DNA of 64,000 bases from an uncultured Verrucomicrobiae bacterium (GCA_963801815.1 CAWDGJ010000003.1:768001-832000); one strand, 5' to 3'. Shown: positions 10,268 through 22,468, counted from the stretch's first letter. The notes: a model not told the origin generated them from the letters alone. Translations and numbers: made by a program.

Positions 10268-11137
10268 ATGAATGACTTTTTATTATCAGTCGTGCTCGGA
10301 ATTGTTGAAGGATTGACCGAATTCCTGCCAGTGAGCTCGACGGGCCATCTTCGCATCGTCGAAGCGCTGTTCGGTCTGCATCTGCACGACAGCTTCTGGA
10401 AGATGTACACGATTGTGATCCAGCTGGGCGCGATCCTGGCGTTGCCGGTTTATTTCTGGAACCGGATCCTGAAATTCCTCGCCACGTTTCCGAAAGGTGA
10501 GCGCGGCGACCGGAATTTCCTGACCCATCCGCTGAGTTTGACCATCATTGCGTTTATCGTGACCGCCGTGCCGGCCTGGGCGTTGACCAAAGTTATCGGC
10601 AAAAATCTCGAGAGTCTGTGGGTGATAACGCTGGCGCTTATCATCGGTGGAATCGTGATGTGGATTGTCGACGCGATGTTCACTCGACCGCGCGTGACGC
10701 ACATGGAGGAAATGAGTTTGCCTCAGGCGATCTGGATCGGTGCGTGCCAGATTTTGTCCGCAGTATTTCCGGGAACATCGCGTTCGATGTCGACGATCGC
10801 GGCCGGGCAGATTGCCGGGATGTCTCGTCCAGCTGCGCTTGAATTTTCTTTTTTTCTCTCGATGCCAACGATGGCGGTGGCGACGTTGTACGATCTCTAC
10901 AAAACGTTGAAGCCGGGCCATACCCCCCTCGAGGAAGGAAACCTTGCGCCCCTTACGATGAATGGGCACGAATGGATCATCCTCGCGATCGGGTTCGTGG
11001 TGTCGTTCATTGTCGCTCTGGCCGTGGTCGCCTGGTTCATGCATTGGGTCCGGAGACATGGCTTCACGCCGTTTGCGATTTATCGGATCGCGCTCGGAAT
11101 CGTTTTGTTGGTCCTCTTAACTCGCGGACTTATTTAG
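10268..11137 (+). CDS. uppP: Undecaprenyl-diphosphatase
   Basis: GIVEGLTEFLPVSSTGHL, IQLGAILA, PGTSRS, FSFFL. Confidence 0.96.
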   Translation: MNDFLLSVVLGIVEGLTEFLPVSSTGHLRIVEALFGLHLHDSFWKMYTIVIQLGAILALPVYFWNRILKFLATFPKGERGDRNFLTHPLSLTIIAFIVTAVPAWALTKVIGKNLESLWVITLALIIGGIVMWIVDAMFTRPRVTHMEEMSLPQAIWIGACQILSAVFPGTSRSMSTIAAGQIAGMSRPAALEFSFFLSMPTMAVATLYDLYKTLKPGHTPLEEGNLAPLTMNGHEWIILAIGFVVSFIVALAVVAWFMHWVRRHGFTPFAIYRIALGIVLLVLLTRGLI

Positions 11138-11147
11138 ATCGACGCCG

Positions 11148-11552
11148 ATGGAACCGACCGAGGCAATTCTTCCCGATTTGCAGAGCTGCGTGCTTTGCGA
11201 AGACGTCAGGTGCGAGTTCAACGGAATGAACACGCTCGTCGGTGTGCTCAACGTGATCGCGGCGCCATCCTTGCCGATCAATTATCTGCGGCTCTGCATT
11301 TGGACGCGCTGGTGCAGTGGCTCGGGCAAATTCAAGCAAAAGTCGCGGATCGTCGGAGTGGACGAGCAAAATGTTCTGGCGCAGGCCGAGGTTGAATTCG
11401 AGCTGAAGGAAATGGAAGGCCACGCCACCAACGTTCATTATTTTGGCGGCGTGCAGTTCCAGCAATTCGGCCTCCATCACGTAGAGATTTTTCTGCAAGA
11501 GGAATTGAGGCTGCGTTTCCCGCTTCCGGTAGTCCGCATCCAGCGGAAATAA
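11148..11552 (+). CDS. Conserved hypothetical beta-rich protein (DUF6941-like)
   Basis: LCEDVRxExNGxxxLVGV pattern; tightly downstream of uppP. Confidence 0.7.
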   Translation: MEPTEAILPDLQSCVLCEDVRCEFNGMNTLVGVLNVIAAPSLPINYLRLCIWTRWCSGSGKFKQKSRIVGVDEQNVLAQAEVEFELKEMEGHATNVHYFGGVQFQQFGLHHVEIFLQEELRLRFPLPVVRIQRK

Positions 11553-11722
11553 GTAGAGGGCTTCGTGGCCGCCTCGGTTCCCAACCTCGGAGCCCAGTTT
11601 CCTCATGTGCGCTCGACCGCTGCGGCGGCGTCGGCACCTCCCGCGGTAAAGTTGGTTCCCGCCAACGCCTTGTGAATAACTGCTTGCCACGCAAGTGTGG
11701 ATTCGTTATCACCGACGAGTTC

Positions 11723-12790
11723 ATGGTCGGCAAAGTCGTCATCGGTATTCTACCGGTCGCGTTGGTTTCAATCGCACCGGCGTTCGCGCAACAAGTGGAA
11801 ATTGGGCGCGAGAAGCCAGTCGCAGTCGTCCATCAGGCGAAGACAGCTCCGCAATCGCAGGTCGAGGTTCGTCCCCAAGCCCAACGAGTTTCTTTTACCA
11901 CCTCCGCGCCGTCTCCAAAACTGAGCATCGAACAAATGCGACAAGCCGGCGCGTTGGCAGGGCAGCGTGTGAGGGAGGAGATGCACGACATCGAGGAAAA
12001 CGAGCCGCCTCCGAAGCCGGCTGCGCAGCCAAAGAAGCAATCCGCGGCAAACGCGGTCCGCGTGGTCGAGCATCCATCGCGCGAGATCGAAACGTTTCCG
12101 ACGCCGCCAATTAATCTTTCAGGCCAAACCGCGTTCGTAAAGTTAGCAGACGGGTTCGATATGCCGGTTGGGAAACCGGATGGAAAAGGCTATTACAGGG
12201 CAAGGGGATTTCGCGCCCACGGGCATCTTGGCGAGGATTGGGATGGCGTCGGCGGCGGCGATACTGACCTCGGCGATCCCGTTTACGTGATCGCTGACGG
12301 CGTGGTCGTTTTTGCGCGTGATTGTCATCAGGGCTGGGGGAACGTTGTCATTATCCGACACGCGTATCGTGATGGCTTGGGCACGCATTACATCGATTCG
12401 CTCTACGGACATCTCGATAGGATCCTGGTGAAGCGCGGGCAAAGCGTTCGACGCGGGCAGCAGATCGCGGCAATCGGAAACGCGCACGGTCTTTACGACG
12501 CCCATTTACATCTGGAAGTTCGCAAGAACCTTGAGATCGGAATGAGTCGCGACAAATTCGCGCAAGACTCCAGCAACTATTATGATCCATCGCAGTTCAT
12601 CACCGCGCACCGACATATCCAAAGCAGTGGCGCGAGTACGCGAGTCGCGATGAACACCTTCACCTACGATGCGCGAATTCCGTGGGACAAGCTTAAGAAT
12701 TACTCCCACGCACACACCGGCGGGGGCACGAGTGAATCTGCCTACGCGCTCAAGAAAGCTCTGGCTTCGCAGAGCACTAAGCGCGACTAA
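11723..12790 (+). CDS. Secreted M23 family metallopeptidase
   Basis: Signal peptide (AFA-QQ), HLGED, YGHL, HLHLE zinc motifs. Confidence 0.9.
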   Translation: MVGKVVIGILPVALVSIAPAFAQQVEIGREKPVAVVHQAKTAPQSQVEVRPQAQRVSFTTSAPSPKLSIEQMRQAGALAGQRVREEMHDIEENEPPPKPAAQPKKQSAANAVRVVEHPSREIETFPTPPINLSGQTAFVKLADGFDMPVGKPDGKGYYRARGFRAHGHLGEDWDGVGGGDTDLGDPVYVIADGVVVFARDCHQGWGNVVIIRHAYRDGLGTHYIDSLYGHLDRILVKRGQSVRRGQQIAAIGNAHGLYDAHLHLEVRKNLEIGMSRDKFAQDSSNYYDPSQFITAHRHIQSSGASTRVAMNTFTYDARIPWDKLKNYSHAHTGGGTSESAYALKKALASQSTKRD

Positions 12791-12805
12791 AACTGACCCT
12801 TACGG

Positions 12806-14421
<1,616 letters not shown>

Positions 14422-14422
14422 A

Positions 14423-15139
14423 ATGGCCGCCGCCGGTAAATCGGTCCCGCGACACATCGCTATTATCATGGACGGGAACGGCCGCTGGGCCAAAGAGCGC
14501 GGCCTGCCGCGGATCAAAGGACACGAGGAAGGGGCCCGGGCGGCACGTGAATGCGTGGAAGGATGTGCTGAGCTGAAAGTAGAATTCCTCACTCTCTACG
14601 CCTTCTCTGCCGAGAACTGGCAGCGACCAAAAACCGAGGTCTTCGCCCTAATGCGGCTACTGGAAAAGTTCTTGAAGGAGAAGACGCCGGAATTGATCGA
14701 GAAAAACGTTCGTCTCCAGGCGATCGGCAGACTGACCGATTTACCGGATTCCTGTCAGAAACAGTTGCACAAGTCGATCGAAGAGACTGCGCGCAACACC
14801 GGTGTGACCCTGGTTCTTGCCTTGAGTTACGGTGGACGGTTGGAAATCATCGATGGCATCAAGAGTTTACTTCGCGCGATCGAGCTTGGCCACATCGACA
14901 AAGGCATGATCGACGTGGAGATGTTCAGCAAACATCTTTACACGCGATATTATCCCGATCCCGACCTGCTCATTCGAACTTCCGGCGAGATGCGGCTCTC
15001 GAATTTTTTGCTCTGGCAGACTTCCTACACTGAAATGTACGTGACACCGAAACTCTGGCCCGACTTTACCCGGAAAGATTTGTTCGCCGCAGTGGAAGAG
15101 TACGGACGGCGTCAGCGGCGCTATGGCCGGAGTGAGTAA
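14423..15139 (+). CDS. uppS: Undecaprenyl diphosphate synthase
   Basis: HIAIIMDGNGRWA, YAFSAENW, DLLIRTSGEMRLSNFLLWQ. Confidence 0.97.
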   Translation: MAAAGKSVPRHIAIIMDGNGRWAKERGLPRIKGHEEGARAARECVEGCAELKVEFLTLYAFSAENWQRPKTEVFALMRLLEKFLKEKTPELIEKNVRLQAIGRLTDLPDSCQKQLHKSIEETARNTGVTLVLALSYGGRLEIIDGIKSLLRAIELGHIDKGMIDVEMFSKHLYTRYYPDPDLLIRTSGEMRLSNFLLWQTSYTEMYVTPKLWPDFTRKDLFAAVEEYGRRQRRYGRSE

Positions 15140-16306
15140 CTAAACGAACTCCGCGGCCACGGAATCGGCCAGCGCTTTCCCGGCGCGCGTCAAAACAAAC
15201 CGGTTCTTTATTTTTCGCAGAAGACCGAGCCGCAGAAACTCCCGAGTCTGATTTGGAAACGCATCGAACAAGTGCGCGGCAGCTCCGGTATCGGTGCGCA
15301 GCGACAGGGCGATCTTTTCCGTCCGTTTCATGTCTTGGGTCAAACGCTCGTTTGAACCGATTGGGCTGCGCTTCAAGAGGACCGCGTCCGAGTATTGTCG
15401 AAAATCGGCCACGTTTTGCCATCGGGTCATGCCGACTGTGGAAAACGCGCTCGGGCCGACCCCGAGGTATTCTGCGCCCGACCAGTAGGCACGGTTGTGT
15501 GCTGAACGAAATCCGGGACGTGAGTAATTCGAGATTTCGTAATGCAGGTAACCCGCGTTTTCGAGGATCGACATCGTCATCTCGAAAAAGTCCCCGTCAG
15601 CGTCCGAGTCCTGTCGAAATTCGCCGCGCGCGTGTCGAACAAAAAATTCGGTGTCTTCTTCGTAGGTGAGACAGTAGGTGGAAATGTGCTCGGGCTTCAA
15701 CGCGATCGTTCGCTCCAAGGTTTGTTTCCATTGCCGAACCGTTTGGCCCGGCAATCCAAACATCAGATCGACATTGATGTTTGAAAATCCAGCGTTGCGA
15801 AAAATCTGGAATGAATGCGCTGCCTGCTTCGCGTTGTGCTCGCGACCAAGCAATTTCAACAGGTCATCGTCCCACGATTGAACGCCGAGACTGATTCGGC
15901 TAATCCCGAGCCGCCGAAGCAACGCCGCTTTGATCGCTGAAACACTCCCCGGATTGGCTTCGATCGTCCATTCAATCAGCTCTGACAAGTCGAGTACGTT
16001 GCGAAACCGGCCGAGCAGGAACTCCAACTGAGTGGTCGTCAACGCGGTCGGCGTGCCGCCGCCGAAATAAATTGTCCTTGGCCGTAAACGCCGGCTCTGC
16101 ACGTGGGTCTCCAATTCGCCTACGAGCGCCTCGCAGAACCGTTGAGTTTGCGAACGATCAAGCAGGGTTTTGTAAAACGCGCAGTATGGACAGATCCGCG
16201 CGCAGAATGGAATGTGAACATAGATATGGCGGATAATGCCCGACGCGGTCTCGCTGGTTTGTTTGTCTCTTGAAAGCGAGGAGTTGTGATTCGCAGCGGC
16301 CACCAT
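15140..16306 (-). CDS. hemW: Radical SAM heme chaperone (HemN-like)
   Basis: YVHIPFCARICPYC, YFGGGTP, YEISNY, HNRAYW. Confidence 0.9.
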   Translation of the reverse strand: MVAAANHNSSLSRDKQTSETASGIIRHIYVHIPFCARICPYCAFYKTLLDRSQTQRFCEALVGELETHVQSRRLRPRTIYFGGGTPTALTTTQLEFLLGRFRNVLDLSELIEWTIEANPGSVSAIKAALLRRLGISRISLGVQSWDDDLLKLLGREHNAKQAAHSFQIFRNAGFSNINVDLMFGLPGQTVRQWKQTLERTIALKPEHISTYCLTYEEDTEFFVRHARGEFRQDSDADGDFFEMTMSILENAGYLHYEISNYSRPGFRSAHNRAYWSGAEYLGVGPSAFSTVGMTRWQNVADFRQYSDAVLLKRSPIGSNERLTQDMKRTEKIALSLRTDTGAAAHLFDAFPNQTREFLRLGLLRKIKNRFVLTRAGKALADSVAAEFV

Positions 16307-16320
16307 AAAATCAAGGGTTC

Positions 16321-17364
16321 TTGTCGCCTCGAAACGTAGTTCTGATTTGCGCCTGCGCCATCGTTACCTTGTTGGCACAGCCTAAGTCTTCGGCGCAAAC
16401 ATCGGTTGTCTATTCGACTCACGACGCAAACGCGATCGTCGATTATAAGGCGAACCCCCGGGTTGTTCGGGCGATGGTGGATCGACTGGTTTTGGCGGCT
16501 ACGGGTCAATCGGACTTGGGTAAAGCCTGGGGATCTCTGGTTTCGCCTGCCGACAAGGTTGGGATAAAAATTTCGGCTGCCGGCGGCGAACTCTTCACCA
16601 CCCACCACGACGTTGTCGCGGCGATCGTCGACGGTCTGGTGGCGGCCGGGCATTCGCGCGGTAGCATCATCGTTTGGGACCGGTCGCTGGAAGGGACCAA
16701 GGGAGCCGGGTACAAAGCGAACGCCGACGGTTTTCAACTCAAGAGCATCGCGCCGCGCACCGGATACGATCCAAAAGCGACGGTGACTGCGCCGCTGCTT
16801 GGCAAACTGGTGTGGGGCGACGTCGATTATGTCAGCGGCGGAGGAAAAAGTGTCCCACTGTCCGATACCGAGAACACCAGCAACGTCAGTCATTTTTCGC
16901 GTATCCTCACCACTGATGTGACGAAAGTGATTAACGTCCCGGTCATGAGCAACAGCACGATGAATGGCATCGCCGGTTGCCTTTACAACATGACGGTTCC
17001 GAACATCGACAACTGGCGCCGGTTTTCGCAAGGAACTCCCTTCGGCGCGGAAAGTATCGCCCTCATTTATTCGAACCCGGTCATTGCGCAGAAAGTGGTG
17101 CTGAACATAATGGACGGCTTGCTGGCGGAATATGGCGGCGGACCGGCGTCGCAACCAAACTTTGCGCTCAACCATGCAACTCTTTACGCCAGCAAAGATC
17201 CGGTGGCGCTGGATACTGTTGCGTTGAAACAACTTGAGGCCTGGCGCGCCAAGGAGAACTTTCCGCCGATCGGCCGCCTCGCGAGTTATGTGCAAACGGC
17301 GACCGCAGTTGGCCTCGGCAATTCGGACATAAGTCGAATCGAGGTGAAAAATGTCGGTCGCTGA
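16321..17364 (+). CDS. Exported DUF362 domain protein
   Basis: Signal peptide, DKVGIK, VINVP, DPVALD; stop overlaps the next start. Confidence 0.7.
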   Translation: MSPRNVVLICACAIVTLLAQPKSSAQTSVVYSTHDANAIVDYKANPRVVRAMVDRLVLAATGQSDLGKAWGSLVSPADKVGIKISAAGGELFTTHHDVVAAIVDGLVAAGHSRGSIIVWDRSLEGTKGAGYKANADGFQLKSIAPRTGYDPKATVTAPLLGKLVWGDVDYVSGGGKSVPLSDTENTSNVSHFSRILTTDVTKVINVPVMSNSTMNGIAGCLYNMTVPNIDNWRRFSQGTPFGAESIALIYSNPVIAQKVVLNIMDGLLAEYGGGPASQPNFALNHATLYASKDPVALDTVALKQLEAWRAKENFPPIGRLASYVQTATAVGLGNSDISRIEVKNVGR

Positions 17365-18391
17365 GACGTTGCCGGCGGAGAAAACGCAATCGGCGGCTCC
17401 AACTCCTGCTCTGCGCGGTTCGATTCTTCGGCGCGTGTCGCGCTCGTTCTATCTTTCCATTTTTCTTTTGCCGAAAAAGTTGCGCGACCCGGTGTCACTT
17501 GGCTACCTGCTCGCCCGCGCGTCAGATACGATCGCCGATACGGCCGAATTGCCGATTGAATTGCGCGTCGAGAAATTGCGACTGCTCGCTGGCGCGATTC
17601 AGAGCGAAACATCCTGCGACCCGATCGCCGAACTTTGCGCATCGGTGTCGCGATTACAGAACAATGAATCCGAGAGCGCACTGATTGCATCGTTGCCGTC
17701 GTGCCTGGTCTGGCTCAACGGAATCGAAACGCTCGACCGCAAGGATGTCCAGGCTGTGCTGGAGAAGATCAATCGTGGCCAGATTTTGGACCTCGAGCGT
17801 TTCCGCGATCCCAAACAAATCGCGGCGTTGGAAACAGCAGCGGAGCTCGACGATTACACCTATCTCGTCGCGGGGAGCGCAGGAGAATTTTGGACGCGTC
17901 TTTGTTTCCGGTACTTGAAGAAATTCTCATCGCGTGGCGAAGCGGAAATGCTGGACCTTGGCAAACGCTATGGCCAGGGCTTGCAGCTTATCAATATTTT
18001 GCGCGACGCCGGTGACGATCTTCGTGCCGGCCGCTGTTATTTTCCGCGCCAGGAACTGACCGCGGTTGCGCTGGAGCCGTTGCAGATTTTGCGTGAACCG
18101 CAGCGGTTTCAGCCAATCTATCGGAAATGGCGCGAGAAAGCAGAGCAGGGGATCAAAGCTGGCACCGAGTACGCGCGGGAGATTCGCAGCCGACGCATTC
18201 GCGTGGCGACGGTCCTGCCGGCACTCATCGGCGCGCGAACCCTCGCTCTCTTGCATGATGCCGGGGCAACGATGCTTCACCGGCACATCAAGGTTTCACG
18301 CAAAGAAGTACGCGCGATTGTTCGCTCGCTCACTTCCAGCTTCGGTGCGCGGTCGCGCATCGATTCGCTCTATCGCGATTTGTCCAGGTAG
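17351..18391 (+). CDS. Squalene/phytoene synthase family protein
   Basis: VSRSF, RASDTIAD, YTYLVAG, GLQLINILRD, GRCYFP. Confidence 0.9.
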   Translation: MSVAETLPAEKTQSAAPTPALRGSILRRVSRSFYLSIFLLPKKLRDPVSLGYLLARASDTIADTAELPIELRVEKLRLLAGAIQSETSCDPIAELCASVSRLQNNESESALIASLPSCLVWLNGIETLDRKDVQAVLEKINRGQILDLERFRDPKQIAALETAAELDDYTYLVAGSAGEFWTRLCFRYLKKFSSRGEAEMLDLGKRYGQGLQLINILRDAGDDLRAGRCYFPRQELTAVALEPLQILREPQRFQPIYRKWREKAEQGIKAGTEYAREIRSRRIRVATVLPALIGARTLALLHDAGATMLHRHIKVSRKEVRAIVRSLTSSFGARSRIDSLYRDLSR

Positions 18392-18453
18392 CGGCGGGTC
18401 ATCGACGCGCCATGGCGAGCCCGGACCGGACGGGCATGTCAACCGTCAATACC

Positions 18454-19281
18454 TCACAGAAAATAATTCCGCTGTTTTTCGCTGATCGGTTTCTCAAGCC
18501 GCTCGAGGACGAGCATCATGTCTTCCCAAACTTTGCGTTTTTCCGAAGGAGACTGATTCCGCAACAGGTATGCCGGATGATAAGTGACCATTAACGGCGT
18601 GCCGTTGAATGAATCCCAGCGCCCGCGGAGTTCGCGCATTGGTGCGCGTGTACCCAGAAGTCCTTCCACCGCTACTGCGCCAAGGGCGACGATCACCTTC
18701 GGTCCAATGATATCGATCTGTTCCATCAAATACGGCTGGCAGGTTTGCATTTCGCGCGGTGTTGGTGGCCGATTTCCGTAGGCACTGCCTGGTGTGTCGG
18801 GCCGGCATTTCAAAATGTTCGCGATATAAACTTCTTCGCGCGCGAATCCCATTGCCTTGATGATTTTCGTGAGCAGTTGACCGGCGCGACCGACGAATGG
18901 TTCGCCTTGCGCATCTTCGTCGGCGCCGGGCGCTTCTCCTACGAACATGAGGTTGGCGTCCGGATTGCCGACGCCGAATACGGTTTGCGTCCGCGAATTT
19001 GCCAGGTTGGGACATTTCACGCAGGCGCAAACGCGCTCCTTGATCGCGGCGAGCTTGTCTTGCTTGTTTTGATCTATGGAAGACGCTGCGCTGCTCTCCC
19101 GCCGCAGGCTTGGTGAAGGCCGGTCGATCTTCGATTCGGGAATCTCTGCTGAAACGCACGGCAGCGCGGTTCGGCTAAGGATCTCGAGCGCCCGCCGGGA
19201 CGCACACGGATGCTGCGTACTTTCGTCGCGCATGCGCTCGAGAGTTTGCAAAACGGTTTCGAGCGCCTGCGGAAATTGCAT
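18454..19281 (-). CDS. Uracil-DNA glycosylase family 4 (Fe-S)
   Basis: CVKC, GEAPG, PFVGRAG, NILKCRP, TYHPAY. Confidence 0.93.
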   Translation of the reverse strand: MQFPQALETVLQTLERMRDESTQHPCASRRALEILSRTALPCVSAEIPESKIDRPSPSLRRESSAASSIDQNKQDKLAAIKERVCACVKCPNLANSRTQTVFGVGNPDANLMFVGEAPGADEDAQGEPFVGRAGQLLTKIIKAMGFAREEVYIANILKCRPDTPGSAYGNRPPTPREMQTCQPYLMEQIDIIGPKVIVALGAVAVEGLLGTRAPMRELRGRWDSFNGTPLMVTYHPAYLLRNQSPSEKRKVWEDMMLVLERLEKPISEKQRNYFL

Positions 19282-19350
19282 CAACCCGATATTGTAAAGT
19301 TTCGCCCGTATCGGCAAATGAATTGATTCGCGAATTGCTAGTGATTCATC

Positions 19351-19388
19351 GAACCGCCAAATGGCGATTGCGGTCAATCGCCGCTACC
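19351..19388 (-). repeat. GTAG-type REP-like palindrome; related copy at about 34121-34162
   Basis: Minus strand GGTAG-c-ggcgattg-accg-caatcgcc plus ggcggttc; the 34 kb copy has tcaatcgccc and gggcggttc-ggt-gaaccgccc. Confidence 0.6.
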
Positions 19389-19396
19389 ATAGGCGC

Positions 19397-20413
19397 GTGA
19401 GTTCGAGATTAAGCGATTACGATTATCCGCTTCCCGAATCGCTCATCGCGAAACGGCCGCTGCCAAAACGGGATGACTCACGCTTGATGGTGCTTCATCG
19501 CGATTCGCAGACCATCGAACACCGGCAATTCCGCGATCTCAAAACTTTTCTGCAACCAGGCGATCTGCTCGTGCTCAACAACACCCGGGTTTTGGCCGCG
19601 CGCAGATTTTCAGACGACCATGCGATCGACTTTTTGTTTTTGGAAAAACTCGGCGCTAAGCGCTGGAAATGTTTGGTGAGGCCCGGCCGCAAAATGCGGG
19701 TCGGCGCCACCACGAAGATAGGCAACGTGCCTCTTCGCGTTGAAGAAGTCTTGCCGGACGGCGAACGAATCGTTGCGTTGGATGAGAAAGTGGATCTTTA
19801 CGCGGGTGGCTCGATGCCGCTGCCCCCATACCTCAGGCGGGAAAGCGATTTCGCGGACAGTGACCGTTATCAAACCGTCTTTGCGCAAGCGCCCGGCGCA
19901 GTGGCGGCGCCAACGGCCGGTCTCCACTTTACGCCAGAAATCCTGTACGAAATCCCACACACGTTTATTACACTTCATGTCGGCCCTGGAACTTTTCGAC
20001 CAGTCCACTCGGAAAACATTACCGAGCATCGGATGCATGCCGAGTCGTTTTCAATTTCGGACGACGCGGCGAAGAAGATCAATGATGCAGAGCGGACGAT
20101 TTCCGTCGGGACAACGACTGTTCGCGTTCTGGAAACAGTGGCTCAAAAATCTCGAATGCATTATGAAATCGAGAATTCAAAGCACCGACTCGAATTTGCC
20201 GCGCAAGAAGATGAAACGGGTCTTTTTATTTATCCGCCGTTCGAATTTCGGGTTGTGGATGGCTTGCTGACAAATTTTCACCTGCCGCGCTCGACCTTGC
20301 TGATGCTCGTGAGCGCATTTGCCGGCCGGGAATTTCTACTGCAAGCCTATGCGGAAGCGATGCGCGAGCACTACCGCTTTTATAGTTACGGCGATTGCAT
20401 GCTGATCCTGTAA
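19397..20413 (+). CDS. queA: SAM:tRNA ribosyltransferase-isomerase
   Basis: PLPPY, YQTVFA, AAPTAGLHF, VGTTTVR, TNFHLPRSTL, YRFYSYGD. Confidence 0.97.
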   Translation: MSSRLSDYDYPLPESLIAKRPLPKRDDSRLMVLHRDSQTIEHRQFRDLKTFLQPGDLLVLNNTRVLAARRFSDDHAIDFLFLEKLGAKRWKCLVRPGRKMRVGATTKIGNVPLRVEEVLPDGERIVALDEKVDLYAGGSMPLPPYLRRESDFADSDRYQTVFAQAPGAVAAPTAGLHFTPEILYEIPHTFITLHVGPGTFRPVHSENITEHRMHAESFSISDDAAKKINDAERTISVGTTTVRVLETVAQKSRMHYEIENSKHRLEFAAQEDETGLFIYPPFEFRVVDGLLTNFHLPRSTLLMLVSAFAGREFLLQAYAEAMREHYRFYSYGDCMLIL

Positions 20414-20509
20414 TCTTCCGTTCACTCTTAGTCTTAGACGGTGAGATTAAGAGGAAGAGCCAAGATTGTTCGTGTAAATTCGGGCCCATTCGTGGTTAAA
20501 AGAGGAGCG

Positions 20510-20899
20510 ATGGCAGAGAACGATCAACCCAAAGGCGAGCTTGTCATCCAGACGATCGCGATGCCAAAGGACACCAATCGCGACGGCGATATCTTCGGCG
20601 GCTGGCTCGTCTCGCAAATGGATCTGGGCAGCGCAATCATCGCTGGCAAGATCGCGAAGTCGCGCGTCGTCACGGTGGCGATCGAAGGGATGTCGTTTCT
20701 CAATCCGGTGCGAGTTGGCGATACCGTCGCGTGCTATGGCTGGCTCGAAAAAATCGGGCGTACATCGATGAAAATTTGCGTCGACGTATGGGTCATCCGT
20801 TACAAGACCGACGAGCGCGTGAAAGTTACGAGCGGCGTGTTCACTTATGTTGCGCTCGGACCGGATGGAAAACCGGCTCCGATTGCCCGCGAGAACTGA
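20510..20899 (+). CDS. Acyl-CoA thioesterase (hotdog fold, YciA-like)
   Basis: AMPKDTN..GDIFGGWLVSQMD, PVRVGD, FTYVA; AGAGGAG SD. Confidence 0.93.
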   Translation: MAENDQPKGELVIQTIAMPKDTNRDGDIFGGWLVSQMDLGSAIIAGKIAKSRVVTVAIEGMSFLNPVRVGDTVACYGWLEKIGRTSMKICVDVWVIRYKTDERVKVTSGVFTYVALGPDGKPAPIAREN

Positions 20900-20906
20900 C
20901 GAAGGA

Positions 20907-21950
20907 TCAGGCCGCCATTCCGTTGGACTCAGAAGCGGACAGCAAATCGAAGTGTTGCGAATTCACAAGTTCGTCAACGACGCGGTACAATTTCAATTCG
21001 CACACTGCGCAGCCGCGGAACAATTCAGAAATAGCGACTGGTTCGCTATAGACGATTTGCCAGACTTGCTCGGCCAGTGGCCGCAGCTCCCCGGGCGCTT
21101 CTTCCGGCCATGAGATATTAAGTTGGCGCCTCTGGACGATTGCATTCGGATCGGGCAGCCGGCATTTCACATCCGCGAATTCATCCCGGTATTGCAAGGC
21201 TTGGATCAGCAACTCCTGTCCGTTCCCATTGATGGGTCCCCGCTCGATCTGGTCGCCTTGAGCACGTTCGCCGGAAAAGAAGGAAAATGTGCCCGAAAGC
21301 TTTGCGTTCAGAAACAGCTGCCAAAACGCTTCCTCTCCATCGAGGTGTTCAAATTGACAGTGACGCAGCTGGCCGTATTCAAAGGAACAAGTCGAGATCG
21401 ACTCGCCTTTTTCATTCATGATTCGCAATTCTCCGGTCTGGAACGAATTCAAAATGGTTTGATAGATCGAGACCAGGTCGAAGTTGGAAAGACTACCGCT
21501 GAGTTCCTGACAATGACTCTGGGCAACGGTAACGTCACGGGCCTGCCACAGTCGAAGGGCGAGCTGCTTGCTAAGGTAGAGAAAGAAAGAGGGGATCCGC
21601 TCCATCAGTTCTGGAAAATCCCGGCGCCGAAAGCATTGAAGACTTGCGTCTTCGCGTGTGCGGACAAGATGTTTGTAGGGAAGACCGCTGAGCGCTTCGA
21701 CGTCGCCGAAAACATCTCCGCGCGAAAGGTAAGTTTCGGCCACTTTCTCGTCGCCGTTGTAATGTGCGACCTCAACTACGCCGCGGTTGATAATGTACAG
21801 TGCGTCGGCGGGTTCACCCGGTGAGTAGATAACTTCTCCTTCTTCGAGGTGTCGGACCTCGGAAAGCCCGCCCAAAGCTTTTCGCTCCAACGGCTTTAAA
21901 GTCGTGCAAAAGCCAAAGAAATCCTTGCCGCGCGACATGTCCTCTCTCAA
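20907..21950 (-). CDS. Cyclic-nucleotide-binding domain plus DUF4388 (PatA-N-like) domain protein
   Basis: IYSPGEPADALYII.RG.V...LSRGDVFGD (CAP domain); LSGSLSNFDL..IYQ....TGELRI...GEEAF. Confidence 0.8.
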   Translation of the reverse strand: MREDMSRGKDFFGFCTTLKPLERKALGGLSEVRHLEEGEVIYSPGEPADALYIINRGVVEVAHYNGDEKVAETYLSRGDVFGDVEALSGLPYKHLVRTREDASLQCFRRRDFPELMERIPSFFLYLSKQLALRLWQARDVTVAQSHCQELSGSLSNFDLVSIYQTILNSFQTGELRIMNEKGESISTCSFEYGQLRHCQFEHLDGEEAFWQLFLNAKLSGTFSFFSGERAQGDQIERGPINGNGQELLIQALQYRDEFADVKCRLPDPNAIVQRRQLNISWPEEAPGELRPLAEQVWQIVYSEPVAISELFRGCAVCELKLYRVVDELVNSQHFDLLSASESNGMAA

Positions 21951-22032
21951 AGCAAGCCTCGTGCGAGCGTCTTTCCCAAGTGACTGCTGGCGGGCAACTT
22001 CTAACTAACAAGGATCGTATACGTGATTAGGA

Positions 22033-22395
22033 TTATGGCCTGGACGGCTGCGATGATTGCGCCGGCGGCTGTTGGGTCGCGCTCGCGTCCGACCCGGAAA
22101 CCGTGATCGGCGGCGCGATTTCTTCGGCCGTCGGTTCCGAAAACGAACCTGGTTCGGGTCCCAAACTGGTAGACATTTGCGGCTCGCTGACCCGCGCGAG
22201 TTTCATTTTTTCCTTCATTTGACGGTTGGCCGCCTTTTGGGCCCGCGCGATTTGGCGTTGCCGCTGATGGATAGACTTCTGAACGTAATGACGGTATGCG
22301 CGTTCCCGTCGAGCTTGAGGGCTCATGGAGCTGCAGCCGGTAAGATTGAAAGCGAAAACGATGATCAAGCCAAGGGTTGAGATTTGTTTGTGCAC
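22033..22395 (-). CDS. Hypothetical lipoprotein
   Basis: LTGC lipobox, basic helix, Pro/Ser-rich tail. Confidence 0.65.
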   Translation of the reverse strand: MHKQISTLGLIIVFAFNLTGCSSMSPQARRERAYRHYVQKSIHQRQRQIARAQKAANRQMKEKMKLARVSEPQMSTSLGPEPGSFSEPTAEEIAPPITVSGSDASATQQPPAQSSQPSRP

Positions 22396-22468
22396 AATGC
22401 TTGTAAGAGCACACGCCGTGCGAGGCCGGCGGGAAAGCCTGAGCGGCGAGCGAGTGGGAGCGGGCGAC

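Noticed and set aside
11553..11722. GC-rich spacer starting with GTAG as an ncRNA or REP
   Set aside because: I could not find a convincing stem or a second copy in the window
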